In this document: positions 38,781-47,872 of the stretch, piece by piece | Layout of the letters: each line of letters begins with the position of its first letter | Numbering within the stretch: position 1 is the first letter of the stretch | Assembly: GCA_963703345.1 (NCBI GenBank) | Contig: OY969814.1 | Location: 2,119,998-2,183,997, forward strand | DNA length: 64,000 bases | Source of the DNA: an uncultured Chloroflexia bacterium | GTDB lineage: Bacteria > Chloroflexota > Dehalococcoidia > DSTF01 > JALHUB01 | Reading direction: 5' to 3' | The notes under the pieces: generated by a model | What the model saw: the letters and a program-made list of their open reading frames with translations, nothing else | Databases searched by the model: none | What the model was told of the DNA's origin: nothing | Position numbers and translations under genes: made by a program

Positions 38781-39840
38781 TCAGGCGGTGCGCGTGTCCG
38801 CGGCGCCCTGGAGTCCTAGCTCCTCGATCGCCAGCTCCCGCATCCGGAACTTCTGAACTTTGCCCGTCACCGTCATCGGGAAGTCGTCGACGAACTTCCA
38901 GTAGCGCGGGATCTTGTAGGTGGCGATCTGCCCGCGACAGTACTCCAGCATCGCTTCCTCCGTCAGTCGCGCGCCTTCCGCCGGCCTGATCCAGGCCATC
39001 GTCTCCTCGCCGTAGCGTTCGCTGGGCACGCCGATGACCTGCACGTCGGCCACGCCGGGATGGCGGAAGAGGAACTCCTCGATCTCGCGCGGATAGATAT
39101 TCTCGCCGCCCCGGATGATCATGTCCTTGATGCGGCCGACGATGTTCAGGTAGTCTTCGTCATCCATGGTCGCCAGGTCGCCGGAATGCATCCAGCCGTT
39201 GGCGTCGATGGCCTCGCGGGTCGCTTCCTCGTTGTTCCAGTAGCCGAGCATGACGCTGTAGCCGCGCGTGCACAGCTCGCCGGCGACGCCGCGGGGGACG
39301 ACGCGCCCGGTCGCGGGGTCGACGATCTTGATCTCGACGTGCGGGTGCACGCGGCCGACGGTGGCGACGCGTTTGTCGAGCGGGTCATCGGTGGCGCTCT
39401 GCGTGGAGACGGGCGAGGTCTCGGTCATCCCGTGGCAGATGGTGACCTCCGGCATGTGCATCAGCGACACGACTTTCCGCATGACCTCGAGCGGACAGGG
39501 TGAGCCGGCCATGATGCCGGTGCGCAGGCTGGAGAAGTCGAATTCGGAGAAGCGCGGGTGGTCAAGCTCGCCGATGAACATCGTCGGGACCCCGTAGAGC
39601 GCGGTGCATTTCTCGTCTTGCACCGTCTGCATGACCTCGAGGGCGTCGTACGTCTCTCCGGGCACGATGATGCCTCCGTAAAGCGCATCTTCTCGCCGAT
39701 GAAGAAGCCGTTGTTCAAGATGCCGTGGTGGGAGAGAGTGGCGCCCTGCGGGAAGCCTGTGGTGCCGGAGGTGTACTGGATGTTGACGGGATCGTCGAAC
39801 TGGAGGGTCGATTCCCGCTCCGACAGGGCGCGATGATGTC
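38781..39840 (-). pseudogene. Acyl-CoA synthetase (AMP-binding, FadD-like) pseudogene: 5'-truncated, with an internal out-of-frame deletion
   Basis: ...[41 protein letters not shown] in one frame switches near 39670-39685 to [15 protein letters not shown]...GVPTMFI in another. The PLYHCFG block between them is missing. About 190 N-terminal residues are absent. Confidence 0.8.
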
Positions 39841-39902
39841 AAGGTGCCGCATCGTATCGACATGCAGCGGCAGGCAACGTATATTTGGTAGCGAGGAGGC
39901 GC

Positions 39903-40802
39903 ATGGTGATAGGCCGACTTGCGCTGTTTGCTTTGGTGGCGTGCACTGCGTTGCTGCCGGCCGTCGCGTCGGCGGACAGCGGCGACCAGGGCGGCTTCGC
40001 GCTTCGGGTTCGCGGCACCTTCACGCTGGCACCGGACGAGAGCGTGGGGTCAGTCATCGTCGTCAAGGGCGACGCGAACATCGCCGGCACCGTGCGCGAC
40101 AGGCTCGTGGTCATAAACGGTAACGCCGACATCGCCGGTCGCGTGGACGGCGGCGTCACCGTCATCAAAGGTACCGTGACGCTGGAAGGCGGTTCCCACG
40201 TCAACCGCGTGACGATTGTCCGCGGCACCGTGAACCGTCAGAGCGGCTCCGTGGTGGAGCATGGCATCAACCGGCGCGGCTTCGGCTTTTTCCGCGGCGG
40301 CCTCCTCTGGCTGTTCTGGCTGGGCATGACGCTGGCGGCCGTAGTCGCGGGGCTGGCTTTCGCCGCGGTCGGAGGGCGGCAGCTTTCGCGGGCGGCGAAT
40401 GCACTCACCGGAGAACTTGCGTACAGCATCCTGGGAGCGGTCGCGGTATGGATTGGACTGCCGGTCCTTGCCGTTGTGGCGCTGCTCACCGTTGTCGGCA
40501 TTCCTCTGGGGCTGGCGTTGCTTCTGGCTGTCCTGCCGCTGCTCTGGCTGCTCGGCTTCGTCGCGACGGGGACGCGACTGGGCGCGGCGTTACTGTCGCT
40601 GGGAGGCAGCGCGCGGCCGCTCGACCACCCCTATGCGGCGACGGCGCTGGGCGTGATCGTCCTGCAGATCGTGCTTCTCGTGCCGATTGCCGGCTGGGCG
40701 GTTGCCGTCCTCGCCGGCCTTTGGGGATCGGGCGCACTGGCGGTCATCGCCTTCCGCTCGTGGCGGCATCCCGAAGAAAGCGTCAAGGAGAGTGCTGCAT
40801 GA
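39903..40802 (+). CDS. Exported bactofilin-like repeat domain fused to a polytopic membrane domain
   Basis: ATG after GCGAGGAGGCGC. Signal peptide ...[50 protein letters not shown]. About 5 TM helices. Confidence 0.7.
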   Translation: MVIGRLALFALVACTALLPAVASADSGDQGGFALRVRGTFTLAPDESVGSVIVVKGDANIAGTVRDRLVVINGNADIAGRVDGGVTVIKGTVTLEGGSHVNRVTIVRGTVNRQSGSVVEHGINRRGFGFFRGGLLWLFWLGMTLAAVVAGLAFAAVGGRQLSRAANALTGELAYSILGAVAVWIGLPVLAVVALLTVVGIPLGLALLLAVLPLLWLLGFVATGTRLGAALLSLGGSARPLDHPYAATALGVIVLQIVLLVPIAGWAVAVLAGLWGSGALAVIAFRSWRHPEESVKESAA

Positions 40803-41878
40803 AGGCTGCGGTCCTGTACGAACAGAAGAAGCCCCTGGTTGTCGACGACATCGAGATCGAAGACCCGCAGCCGCACGAAGTGCTAGTGAGGATGGCGGCA
40901 GCCGGGATCTGTCGCAGCGACCTTCATTTCATTGAAGGGCTGTGGCCGGCGCGCCTTCCGATGGTGATGGGGCACGAAGGCGCCGGCGTCGTCGAGAAGG
41001 CGGGCGCGCACGTAACCCGCGTCCAGGAGGGCGACCACGTCATCTTCTCCTGGGTGCCGTCGTGCGGCGTCTGTCGCTACTGTACTGAAGGCAGACCTTT
41101 TCTGTGCGAGGCCGGCCCTTCGTCGCGAATGCTGGACGGCACGACCCGTTTTCACAAGGGCGACCAGGTTATCTATCATCAGATGGCCGTGTCGGCGTTC
41201 TCGGAGCGCACGGTCACGCACGAGACAGCGCTGGTGAAGATCCGCGACGACATGCCGCTGGACAAGGCGGCGCTCATCGGCTGCAGCGTGATGACGGGCA
41301 TCGGCGCGGTGACGAACACAGCGAGAGTGAGGGTCGGCAGCAGCGTGGCCGTTTTCGGCTGCGGCGGCGTCGGGCTGAACGTGATCCAGGGGTCATGCCT
41401 GGCCGGCGCCACGCGGATCATCGCCGTCGACACGCTGGACAACAAGCTGGCGCTGGCGTGCGAGTTCGGCGCGACGGACACTATCAACGCCGCGAAGGAG
41501 GACGCCGTCGCAAAGATCCGGGAGCTTGTGCGCGGCGGCGTCGACTACTCGTTCGAGGTCATCGGCATCCCCGAAGTCGTAGCGCAGGCGTTCGAGGCGG
41601 CGAACAAAGGCGGCACAGTGGTGATGGTCGGCATGCCGCCGGTCGCCGCATCGCTGACTATCCGGTCGACAGGCCTCTTCCTGGGGAAGACGCTGCAGGG
41701 CTCGTTCTACGGCTCGACGCGCTTTCGCATGGATATGCCGGCTCTTGTCGAGCTGTACATGACGGACCGCATAAAGCTGGAAGAGCTGATATCCCGCGTC
41801 TATCCGCTGGAAGAGATCAACGAAGCGTTCGAGGCGCTGAAGCGCGGCGAGGTGGCGCGCAGCATCATCAAGTTCTAG
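40799..41878 (+). CDS. Zinc-dependent alcohol dehydrogenase (class III-like MDR)
   Basis: ATGA overlap with the upstream gene. GICRSDLH, GHEGAGVVE, GCGGVGL. Confidence 0.9.
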   Translation: MKAAVLYEQKKPLVVDDIEIEDPQPHEVLVRMAAAGICRSDLHFIEGLWPARLPMVMGHEGAGVVEKAGAHVTRVQEGDHVIFSWVPSCGVCRYCTEGRPFLCEAGPSSRMLDGTTRFHKGDQVIYHQMAVSAFSERTVTHETALVKIRDDMPLDKAALIGCSVMTGIGAVTNTARVRVGSSVAVFGCGGVGLNVIQGSCLAGATRIIAVDTLDNKLALACEFGATDTINAAKEDAVAKIRELVRGGVDYSFEVIGIPEVVAQAFEAANKGGTVVMVGMPPVAASLTIRSTGLFLGKTLQGSFYGSTRFRMDMPALVELYMTDRIKLEELISRVYPLEEINEAFEALKRGEVARSIIKF

Positions 41879-41906
41879 GAGCAGCGCCGTCGAGCCGCGC
41901 GGGGAG

Positions 41907-41940
41907 GGCCGCTCGGCAACCCGAGCGGCCCCGAGAATGC
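41907..41940 (+). repeat. REP-like palindromic element, copy 3 (probable terminator of the ADH gene)
   Basis: GGCCGCTCGGCAACCCGAGCGGCC + CCGAGAATGC, 29 nt after the stop. Confidence 0.65.
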
Positions 41941-42097
41941 GCCTCCATCATCGCTCCAAGCCAGCGCGACCTTGCGGCATCGACGTCGCGCGCCGGCCCT
42001 GCCCATCGACCCACCACCCCGTGGCTGCTGACCCTCCGCTCGCGGAGCGATATAATCCAATAGACATGCTAACTCGCGAACTTCGGAGGGCGTCCGC

Positions 42098-43030
42098 GTG
42101 ACGCCCGCCATCGAGCTTCGGTCCGTCGTCAAGGACTACGGGCGAGTTCGCGCCCTCCGCGGCATCGACCTCACGATCGCGACGGGCCAGATCTTCGGCT
42201 TCCTCGGCCCGAACGGCGCCGGCAAGACCACTACCATCCGCGTCCTCCTCGACCTCATTCGACCCACCGCCGGCGTTGCCCTCGTCCTCGGCCTCGACAG
42301 CCACCGCGACTCCGTCGAGGTGCGGCGTCGCTGCGGCTACCTCCCCGGAGACCTGCGGATGTACGAAGGGATGCGCGGTCACGCCTTCCTCGACTTCATC
42401 GACTCCTTTCGCCCGGAGAAACGCGACATCCACTTCCGGCGGGAGCTGCTCGACCGCCTGGAGCTCGACGCTTCGGTGCCCATTCGAGCCCTTTCCAAGG
42501 GGAACAAGCAGAAGCTGGGCCTCGTGCAGGCGCTCATGCACCGTCCCGACCTCCTCATCCTCGACGAGCCGACAAGCGGCCTCGACCCGCTTGTGCAGCA
42601 AGAGGTCGCCAGGCTGCTGGAGGAAGCGGTAGGCGAAGGGCGGACCGTCTTCTTTTCCTCGCACGTCCTGCCGGAGGTCGAGCGCCTGAGCCACGCCGTC
42701 GCCATCATCCGCCAGGGCAAGATCGTCGCCGTCGAAGACATTGCGCAACTCAAATCGCGCTCCGTGCACGTGCTGGAGGTGACGTTCGCGGAGCCGCCGC
42801 CGGCCGACCTGTTCGCGCTGCCCGGCGTGCGGGAGCTGCGCCGCGACGGCACCATCGTCCGTATTCAAGCGCTGGACGGGCTGGACGCCGCCGTCAAGGC
42901 TATCGCCGCCTACCGCGTCGTCGACCTGCGGACGGAGCAGCCGAGCCTGGAGGACTTCTTTCTCGCCCACTACGCCGACGAGACGCACCCGGAGGAAGAG
43001 GAGGCCGATGCGCTGGTTCAGCGTCGCTAG
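42098..43030 (+). CDS. ABC-2-type transporter ATP-binding protein
   Basis: GTG after GGAGGG. GPNGAGKTTT, LSKGNKQKLGLVQAL, LILDEPTSGLD. Confidence 0.9.
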   Translation: MTPAIELRSVVKDYGRVRALRGIDLTIATGQIFGFLGPNGAGKTTTIRVLLDLIRPTAGVALVLGLDSHRDSVEVRRRCGYLPGDLRMYEGMRGHAFLDFIDSFRPEKRDIHFRRELLDRLELDASVPIRALSKGNKQKLGLVQALMHRPDLLILDEPTSGLDPLVQQEVARLLEEAVGEGRTVFFSSHVLPEVERLSHAVAIIRQGKIVAVEDIAQLKSRSVHVLEVTFAEPPPADLFALPGVRELRRDGTIVRIQALDGLDAAVKAIAAYRVVDLRTEQPSLEDFFLAHYADETHPEEEEADALVQRR

Positions 43031-43895
43031 AAAGGGCCTGCGCGACCAGCGCTGGCAAATCGTCGGCTTTGGCTTGACGTTCACGGCTATGGCGGCATCA
43101 ATCGTCTACCTCTGGCCCTCGTACCGGACGACGGTGGCGAGCATCCAGCTTCCGGAGGCCGTCCAGGCGCTCCTCGGCAGCGACCTCGCCTACTCGACCG
43201 CCCCGGGCTTCGTGAGCGCCGAGTACTTTAGCTGGATCCCCATCCTGCTGATCGTCTACACCGTCATTCAGGGCACGGGCGCGATCGCCGGCGAGGAAGG
43301 TAGCGGCACAATCGACCTGCTGATGTCGCAGCCGATCACGCGCTCCGAGATGGTGATCCAGAAGACGATCGGCATCTGCGTCGGCGCGGCGGTAATCGCC
43401 GGCTTCGGCTTCCTGGGCTTTCTGCTGTCGGTCCCCTTCGTCGACATCAATCTCACTCTGAAGGGCGCGGCGCTCGCTTCGGCCAACATGCTGCCGATGG
43501 CGCTCCTCTACTACGCGCTGTCGCTTTGGTTCGGCGCCGTCCTGCCGAATCGGGCCTACGCTGCGGGCGGGGCGATAGCGCTGGCGACGGCCGGCTACTT
43601 TTTCAACACCATCGCCGCCGCCGTCCACAGCCTGTCCGGCTTGAAGTATGCCTCGCCGTTCTACTACTACGGCGCCGGCGAGCCGCTGGTCCGGGGAATC
43701 GACTGGTCGCACGCGGGCCTGCTGCTGGGCGTCTCAGCGCTCTTCGTCGCCCTTGCCATCCGCGCCTTCGCCGGCCGCGACATCACCATCGGCGGCGCGT
43801 CTAACCTGCGCTGGAGCGACGTGCTGGGGCGCGTGCTGGGGTTGAGACGCTATGAACCGTCCGCGTCGTCCCCGGCGCGTTCCAGTTCCTCGTGA
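43008..43895 (+). CDS. ABC-2-type transporter permease
   Basis: ATG after GAGGAGG. 6 predicted TM helices. Overlaps the ATPase gene end. Confidence 0.75.
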   Translation: MRWFSVARKGLRDQRWQIVGFGLTFTAMAASIVYLWPSYRTTVASIQLPEAVQALLGSDLAYSTAPGFVSAEYFSWIPILLIVYTVIQGTGAIAGEEGSGTIDLLMSQPITRSEMVIQKTIGICVGAAVIAGFGFLGFLLSVPFVDINLTLKGAALASANMLPMALLYYALSLWFGAVLPNRAYAAGGAIALATAGYFFNTIAAAVHSLSGLKYASPFYYYGAGEPLVRGIDWSHAGLLLGVSALFVALAIRAFAGRDITIGGASNLRWSDVLGRVLGLRRYEPSASSPARSSSS

Positions 43896-44194
43896 AGCCA
43901 ATCGAGGTAGTCTTTGCTCCCGTCGACGACCTCGGTAGCGAGGACTTCCGGCACCTCGTACGTGTGCAGGCGCTTGATCGTGGCCTCTACCTCCGCATAC
44001 AGGCGCCGCTCCGTCTTGGCGATGCACAGCCACTCCGTCGCCTTTTGCACGTCGCCCTTCCACCGGTAGACGCTCGCTATCGGGCCGACGATCTGGACAC
44101 AGGCCGCCAGGCGCGCCTCGACGAGCGCTTCAGCGATCCTTTCCGCGTCCTCTCGCGTCGAAGTCGTCGTCGTCACCTGGATGTGCTGTCTCAT
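43850..44194 (-). CDS. cutA: Divalent-cation tolerance protein CutA
   Basis: ATG 44194 after GGCAGGAGG. LAACVQIVGPIASVYRWKG...TYEVPEV. Confidence 0.85.
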   Translation of the reverse strand: MRQHIQVTTTTSTREDAERIAEALVEARLAACVQIVGPIASVYRWKGDVQKATEWLCIAKTERRLYAEVEATIKRLHTYEVPEVLATEVVDGSKDYLDWLHEELERAGDDADGS

Positions 44195-44321
44195 CCGAAG
44201 CCTCCTGCCGTCGCGGTGTCCCCTCTCAGCGACCGCCGTCATTCTACCGCAATCGACCGCCTGCGGTGAGACGCGCATCGCGGCCAGCGGATCGTGTACA
44301 ATTGGCGCGAGGAGGCAGGCC

Positions 44322-44510
44322 ATGGCAACCGGTGATAGTCCTGACAAGCCGCCGGCGGGCGACGGGCCGAAGCACGAGGTCAAGATCGGCGTTCCGGATT
44401 GCCCTCGCTGCAAGAAAAGCTTCACGATGAGCTACTGGCGTGGCGACCAACTGATTCAGGCGCGCTGCCTTAGCTGCGACCTGAAATGGCCTCGCCCGGA
44501 CGTCGTCTAG
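44322..44510 (+). CDS. Small zinc-ribbon protein (hypothetical)
   Basis: ATG after GAGGAGGCAGGCC. 62 aa. CPRC...CLSC. Confidence 0.5.
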   Translation: MATGDSPDKPPAGDGPKHEVKIGVPDCPRCKKSFTMSYWRGDQLIQARCLSCDLKWPRPDVV

Positions 44511-44634
44511 CTCGGCTAATCGAAGACGAGCGGCAGCGGGACGAGGCGTTTCGCCGCTCGCCGCGAGGCCCGTTTGCTCATACAGATACCGCCTTGTAGA
44601 ATCACGCCAAGCTTTCCCCACAGAGGTACGAACC

Positions 44635-46446
44635 ATGGAGCTAACGATACCGGCATCGCTGGACGAATCGGCGCGTCGCTCGGAGAACAAGACAGCGTTC
44701 CAGATCAAGGCGGGACGGGAGTTCACCGGGCTGACTTACGGCGAGCTGCGCCAGCGGGCAAGGGCTTTCGCCTCCGCGCTCATCGCTCTCGGGCTGCAGC
44801 GCGGCGACCGCGTGGGAATCGTCTGCGAGAACGGACTTGAGTGGATCGTCTCCTATCTGGGGATCGCTTACGCCGGGGGCGTCGCCGTCCCGGTCTATTA
44901 CGAATTGAAGCCCGGCGAGATCGAGGAGGCGCTGCGACGCGCTGAGGTGAAGCTGGCGATCGTCTCGGAGAAGGCGCTTCCCAATATCCCGGACCGCCTG
45001 CACGAACTGGAAACCATCCTGGTCGTCGGGCCCAGCGCCGAAGCGCGTTCCGCCGGCGGAGGCGGCCTCTTCCGACGCGCCCGCGCCCGCATCCTGCCGT
45101 TCGAAGAGGCGTTCTCGCTCACAACGCACGAGAGCGACGTGGCGCTCGCAGCGACCGTCATCAAGCCGGACGATATCGCCTCCATCGTCTACACGTCGGG
45201 GACCACCGGCGGCGCGAAGGGCGTCATGCTCAGCCACCGCAACTTCATGTCCAACGTCGCCGCAGCCGTCAAGGCTCTGCCCGTGTCGTCGCGCGATAGC
45301 GTTCTACTCCTGCTCCCGCTCCATCACGCCTATCCCTTCACCGCCGAGTTCCTCCTGCCGCTGTCCCTTAGAGCAACGGTGACGATTGAAAATGACCTTG
45401 TGCGGGTGCGCGACCGGCTGGCGGAGGCGAAGCCCACCGTCTTTCTCGCCGTGCCCGCTCTCCTCGACATTATGAGCCGAGCCATTCGCGCTCAGGCCGA
45501 CGCGCAGGGTCGCGGCAAGACCTTCGAGCGCGGCCTGGAAATCGTTCGCCGGACCAAGCAGCGCACAGGCGTCAACATCGGTCCCCTGCTCTTCCGCGAG
45601 GTGCACCAACGCCTGGGCGGCAATCTGCGTTTTTTGGCCAGCGGCGGCGCGGCGCTCAATCCGGAGACGGCGCGCGCCTTCCACCTGCTGGGCATCCCCA
45701 TCCTCCAGGCCTGGGGCCTCACGGAGACGTCGCCCGTCGTCTGTGCGCAGCGCTTCTACCCGAGGCGCTTCCGCTTCACGAACTACTACGAGAAGCAGTT
45801 GGGCAGCGTGGGCCGACCCCTGCTTGGCGTTGACGTTGACCTCATCGACGTGCCGGAGAAAGGGATCTACGTGAAGCTGCACGGCGAAGGAGAGCTCATC
45901 GTCCGCGGGCCGAACGTTATGCAAGGCTACTGGAAAGCCGAGGCAGAGACGAAGGCGGCGATGATCGGCGAGTGGTTCCGCACCGGTGACATCGGCCACA
46001 TCGACCGGCAGGGCAACGTCTACATCACCGGCCGCAGCAAGTACGTCATCGTGCTGGACTCCGGCGAGAAAGTGCACCCCGACGAAGTGGAGGAGCGGCT
46101 TCAGAGCAGCCCCATCATCGAGGACGTGTGCGTGGTCAGCCGGAAGGTGCGGGACAAGACACAGGTGTGGGCCATCGTCTACCCGAACTACGCCGCCGTC
46201 ACGGAACGGCTGGCGACACAGGACCACCAGATGGAGGAATCGGCTCTGCGCGCGCTCGTGGAATCGGAGGTCAACGCGCTGGAGGAAGCGCTGGCGCCCT
46301 ACAAGCGCACGAACCGGCTGGTGCTCACCGACGCGCCGTTACCGAAGACGGCTCTGCGCAAGGTGTCGCGAGAGCAGATCGCGGAGGACTACTCGTTCGA
46401 CGTGAAGCGCTGGCGGGAGAACGCGACGGCCGGCCTTGTGCCGTAG
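44635..46446 (+). CDS. Long-chain fatty-acid--CoA ligase (AMP-binding family)
   Basis: IVYTSGTTGGAKGVMLSHRN, GLTETSP, FRTGDIG, ...LPKTALRKV. Confidence 0.9.
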   Translation: MELTIPASLDESARRSENKTAFQIKAGREFTGLTYGELRQRARAFASALIALGLQRGDRVGIVCENGLEWIVSYLGIAYAGGVAVPVYYELKPGEIEEALRRAEVKLAIVSEKALPNIPDRLHELETILVVGPSAEARSAGGGGLFRRARARILPFEEAFSLTTHESDVALAATVIKPDDIASIVYTSGTTGGAKGVMLSHRNFMSNVAAAVKALPVSSRDSVLLLLPLHHAYPFTAEFLLPLSLRATVTIENDLVRVRDRLAEAKPTVFLAVPALLDIMSRAIRAQADAQGRGKTFERGLEIVRRTKQRTGVNIGPLLFREVHQRLGGNLRFLASGGAALNPETARAFHLLGIPILQAWGLTETSPVVCAQRFYPRRFRFTNYYEKQLGSVGRPLLGVDVDLIDVPEKGIYVKLHGEGELIVRGPNVMQGYWKAEAETKAAMIGEWFRTGDIGHIDRQGNVYITGRSKYVIVLDSGEKVHPDEVEERLQSSPIIEDVCVVSRKVRDKTQVWAIVYPNYAAVTERLATQDHQMEESALRALVESEVNALEEALAPYKRTNRLVLTDAPLPKTALRKVSREQIAEDYSFDVKRWRENATAGLVP

Positions 46447-46568
46447 CGCATCGCGGAGTCTTCGGACCCGACGGTTGATACCGTCACTTATCGACCTCAC
46501 AGACGCGAATCCATAGCTGAATTCTTGATAACGCGTAAACTCGTTTTTGGTTAACGATAGGCCGCAAA

Positions 46569-46592
46569 AAGGCGACGATCTTCCTCGCCGCA
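46569..46592 (-). terminator. Candidate rho-independent terminator on the minus strand, about 160 nt downstream of hpt
   Basis: Minus strand GGCGA-GGAAGATCG-TCGCC followed by TTTTT. Confidence 0.4.
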
Positions 46593-46749
46593 CCTATTGA
46601 CAAGCGCTGATGGCCGGTGTAAGGTTATAGGTGCCCCAAGTGGCGGACCCGCGGTCTACCGGTGGACGAATCCGGGGAACCTGAGGCGAGGGCCCCAAAC
46701 CTGAGCCGAGGAGATAACCGGAGGAGGACGAAGCCGAAACGCGGAGAGG

Positions 46750-47712
46750 TTACTTGGGGTATTGCTTTGCCCGCGCCGTCTGCCTGCCGGTAGGCATGGC
46801 CTGCTCCTCCATCCAGCCGGGCTTCAGCGTGGCGATAAACCCCAGATTGCGGTAGAGCTGACCGTAGTCCAGCCCGTAGCCGACGACGAACTCGTCCGGT
46901 ATCTCGAAGCCGACGTAGTCCAGCGGCACGTCCACGAGCCTTCGCGCCCGCTTGTCGAGGAGAGTGCAGACTTTCAGCGTCGCCGGCTTACGCGCGCGCA
47001 GGTACGTCAGCAGATGGTTCAGCGTCATACCCGTGTCGACGATATCCTCGACTAAAAGCACATCGCGCCCTTCGATGCTCTCGTCCAGGTCCTTTAAGAT
47101 GCGCACGTAGCTGCTGTCGGCGCTGTCGTACGACGAGATCGCCATGAAGTCGATGGCGACGGGCAGCGAGACCTGACGCATCAGGTCGGCCATGAAGCAG
47201 GCCACGCCCTTGAGGACCCCGATAAGCACCGGCGACTTGCCGGCGTAGTCCTTCGATATCTGGACGCCGAGCTCCTTCACCCGCCGTCGGAGCTGCGGCG
47301 CGCTCACCAGCACCCGGTGCACGCCCTCGATGTTGCGCGGTTGCGGCGGCCCAAAGCCGTACTTGGCGAGAAGGCGCAGGTAGTCGCGTTTGTTCAGCAG
47401 CTTGACGTCGATGTCTGGATGAAGCTGCCGCAGAGTGCGCAGCTTGCGGTGCTTCTCCGTCATCAGGTCCTGCCGGAGCGTCGTCAGCTCAATGTACGTG
47501 TCGATGTCGGGCAGGTAGAAGTCGGGGGTGAAAGCCTCGAGGACCTTGTCGCCCTCGGAGCGGAGAGTGAAGGTGCGCGGCTCGTATTGCCAGGAGATGC
47601 CGTAGAAGTCGAGGATCTTGGCGAATTCCGCCTCGCTCTCGTGGGCGAAGCGGACCGCGGGAGGCGCCATCTCGGCGTTTCCCGCTGCTGTTCCCGAATT
47701 CTCCATCGACAT
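46750..47712 (-). CDS. hpt: Hypoxanthine phosphoribosyltransferase with an N-terminal extension of about 140 aa of unknown function
   Basis: C-terminal half VLIGVLKGVACFMADL...LLVEDIVDTGMTLN...VGYGLDY is canonical HPRT. N-terminal HESEAEFAKILDFYGISWQYEP...FTPDFYLPDIDTYIELTT is unassigned. Confidence 0.85.
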   Translation of the reverse strand: MSMENSGTAAGNAEMAPPAVRFAHESEAEFAKILDFYGISWQYEPRTFTLRSEGDKVLEAFTPDFYLPDIDTYIELTTLRQDLMTEKHRKLRTLRQLHPDIDVKLLNKRDYLRLLAKYGFGPPQPRNIEGVHRVLVSAPQLRRRVKELGVQISKDYAGKSPVLIGVLKGVACFMADLMRQVSLPVAIDFMAISSYDSADSSYVRILKDLDESIEGRDVLLVEDIVDTGMTLNHLLTYLRARKPATLKVCTLLDKRARRLVDVPLDYVGFEIPDEFVVGYGLDYGQLYRNLGFIATLKPGWMEEQAMPTGRQTARAKQYPK

Positions 47713-47872
47713 CGTCGCAGCCCTCACTTAAACGCTACCGTGTCTGCAGGCCATGTTCAAGTGGGAAGGCGTTCGCTTGCGATGGCGAGTCTGCGCGGTG
47801 TTTCGGTTGATTCATCATCCTGTGGCTGATAGTCTTTAGGCATCGGGCGCTGAACGAGAGAGGTGGTCGGCC

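Noticed and set aside
43850-43895. 46-bp convergent overlap of cutA and the ABC-2 permease as a sign of mis-annotation
   Set aside because: Both reading frames are supported up to their stops: the CutA core ends before the overlap, and the permease tail is low-complexity. A 3'-3' overlap is tolerable, so it is kept but not treated as a finding.
46630-46750. SRP (4.5S) RNA, because of CCGGAGGAGGACGAAGCC resembling the domain IV GGAA-loop region
   Set aside because: The conserved AGGUCCGGAAGGAAGCAGC / GGCAG symmetric-loop motifs are not reproduced and the hairpin apex does not fall on a GNRA loop.
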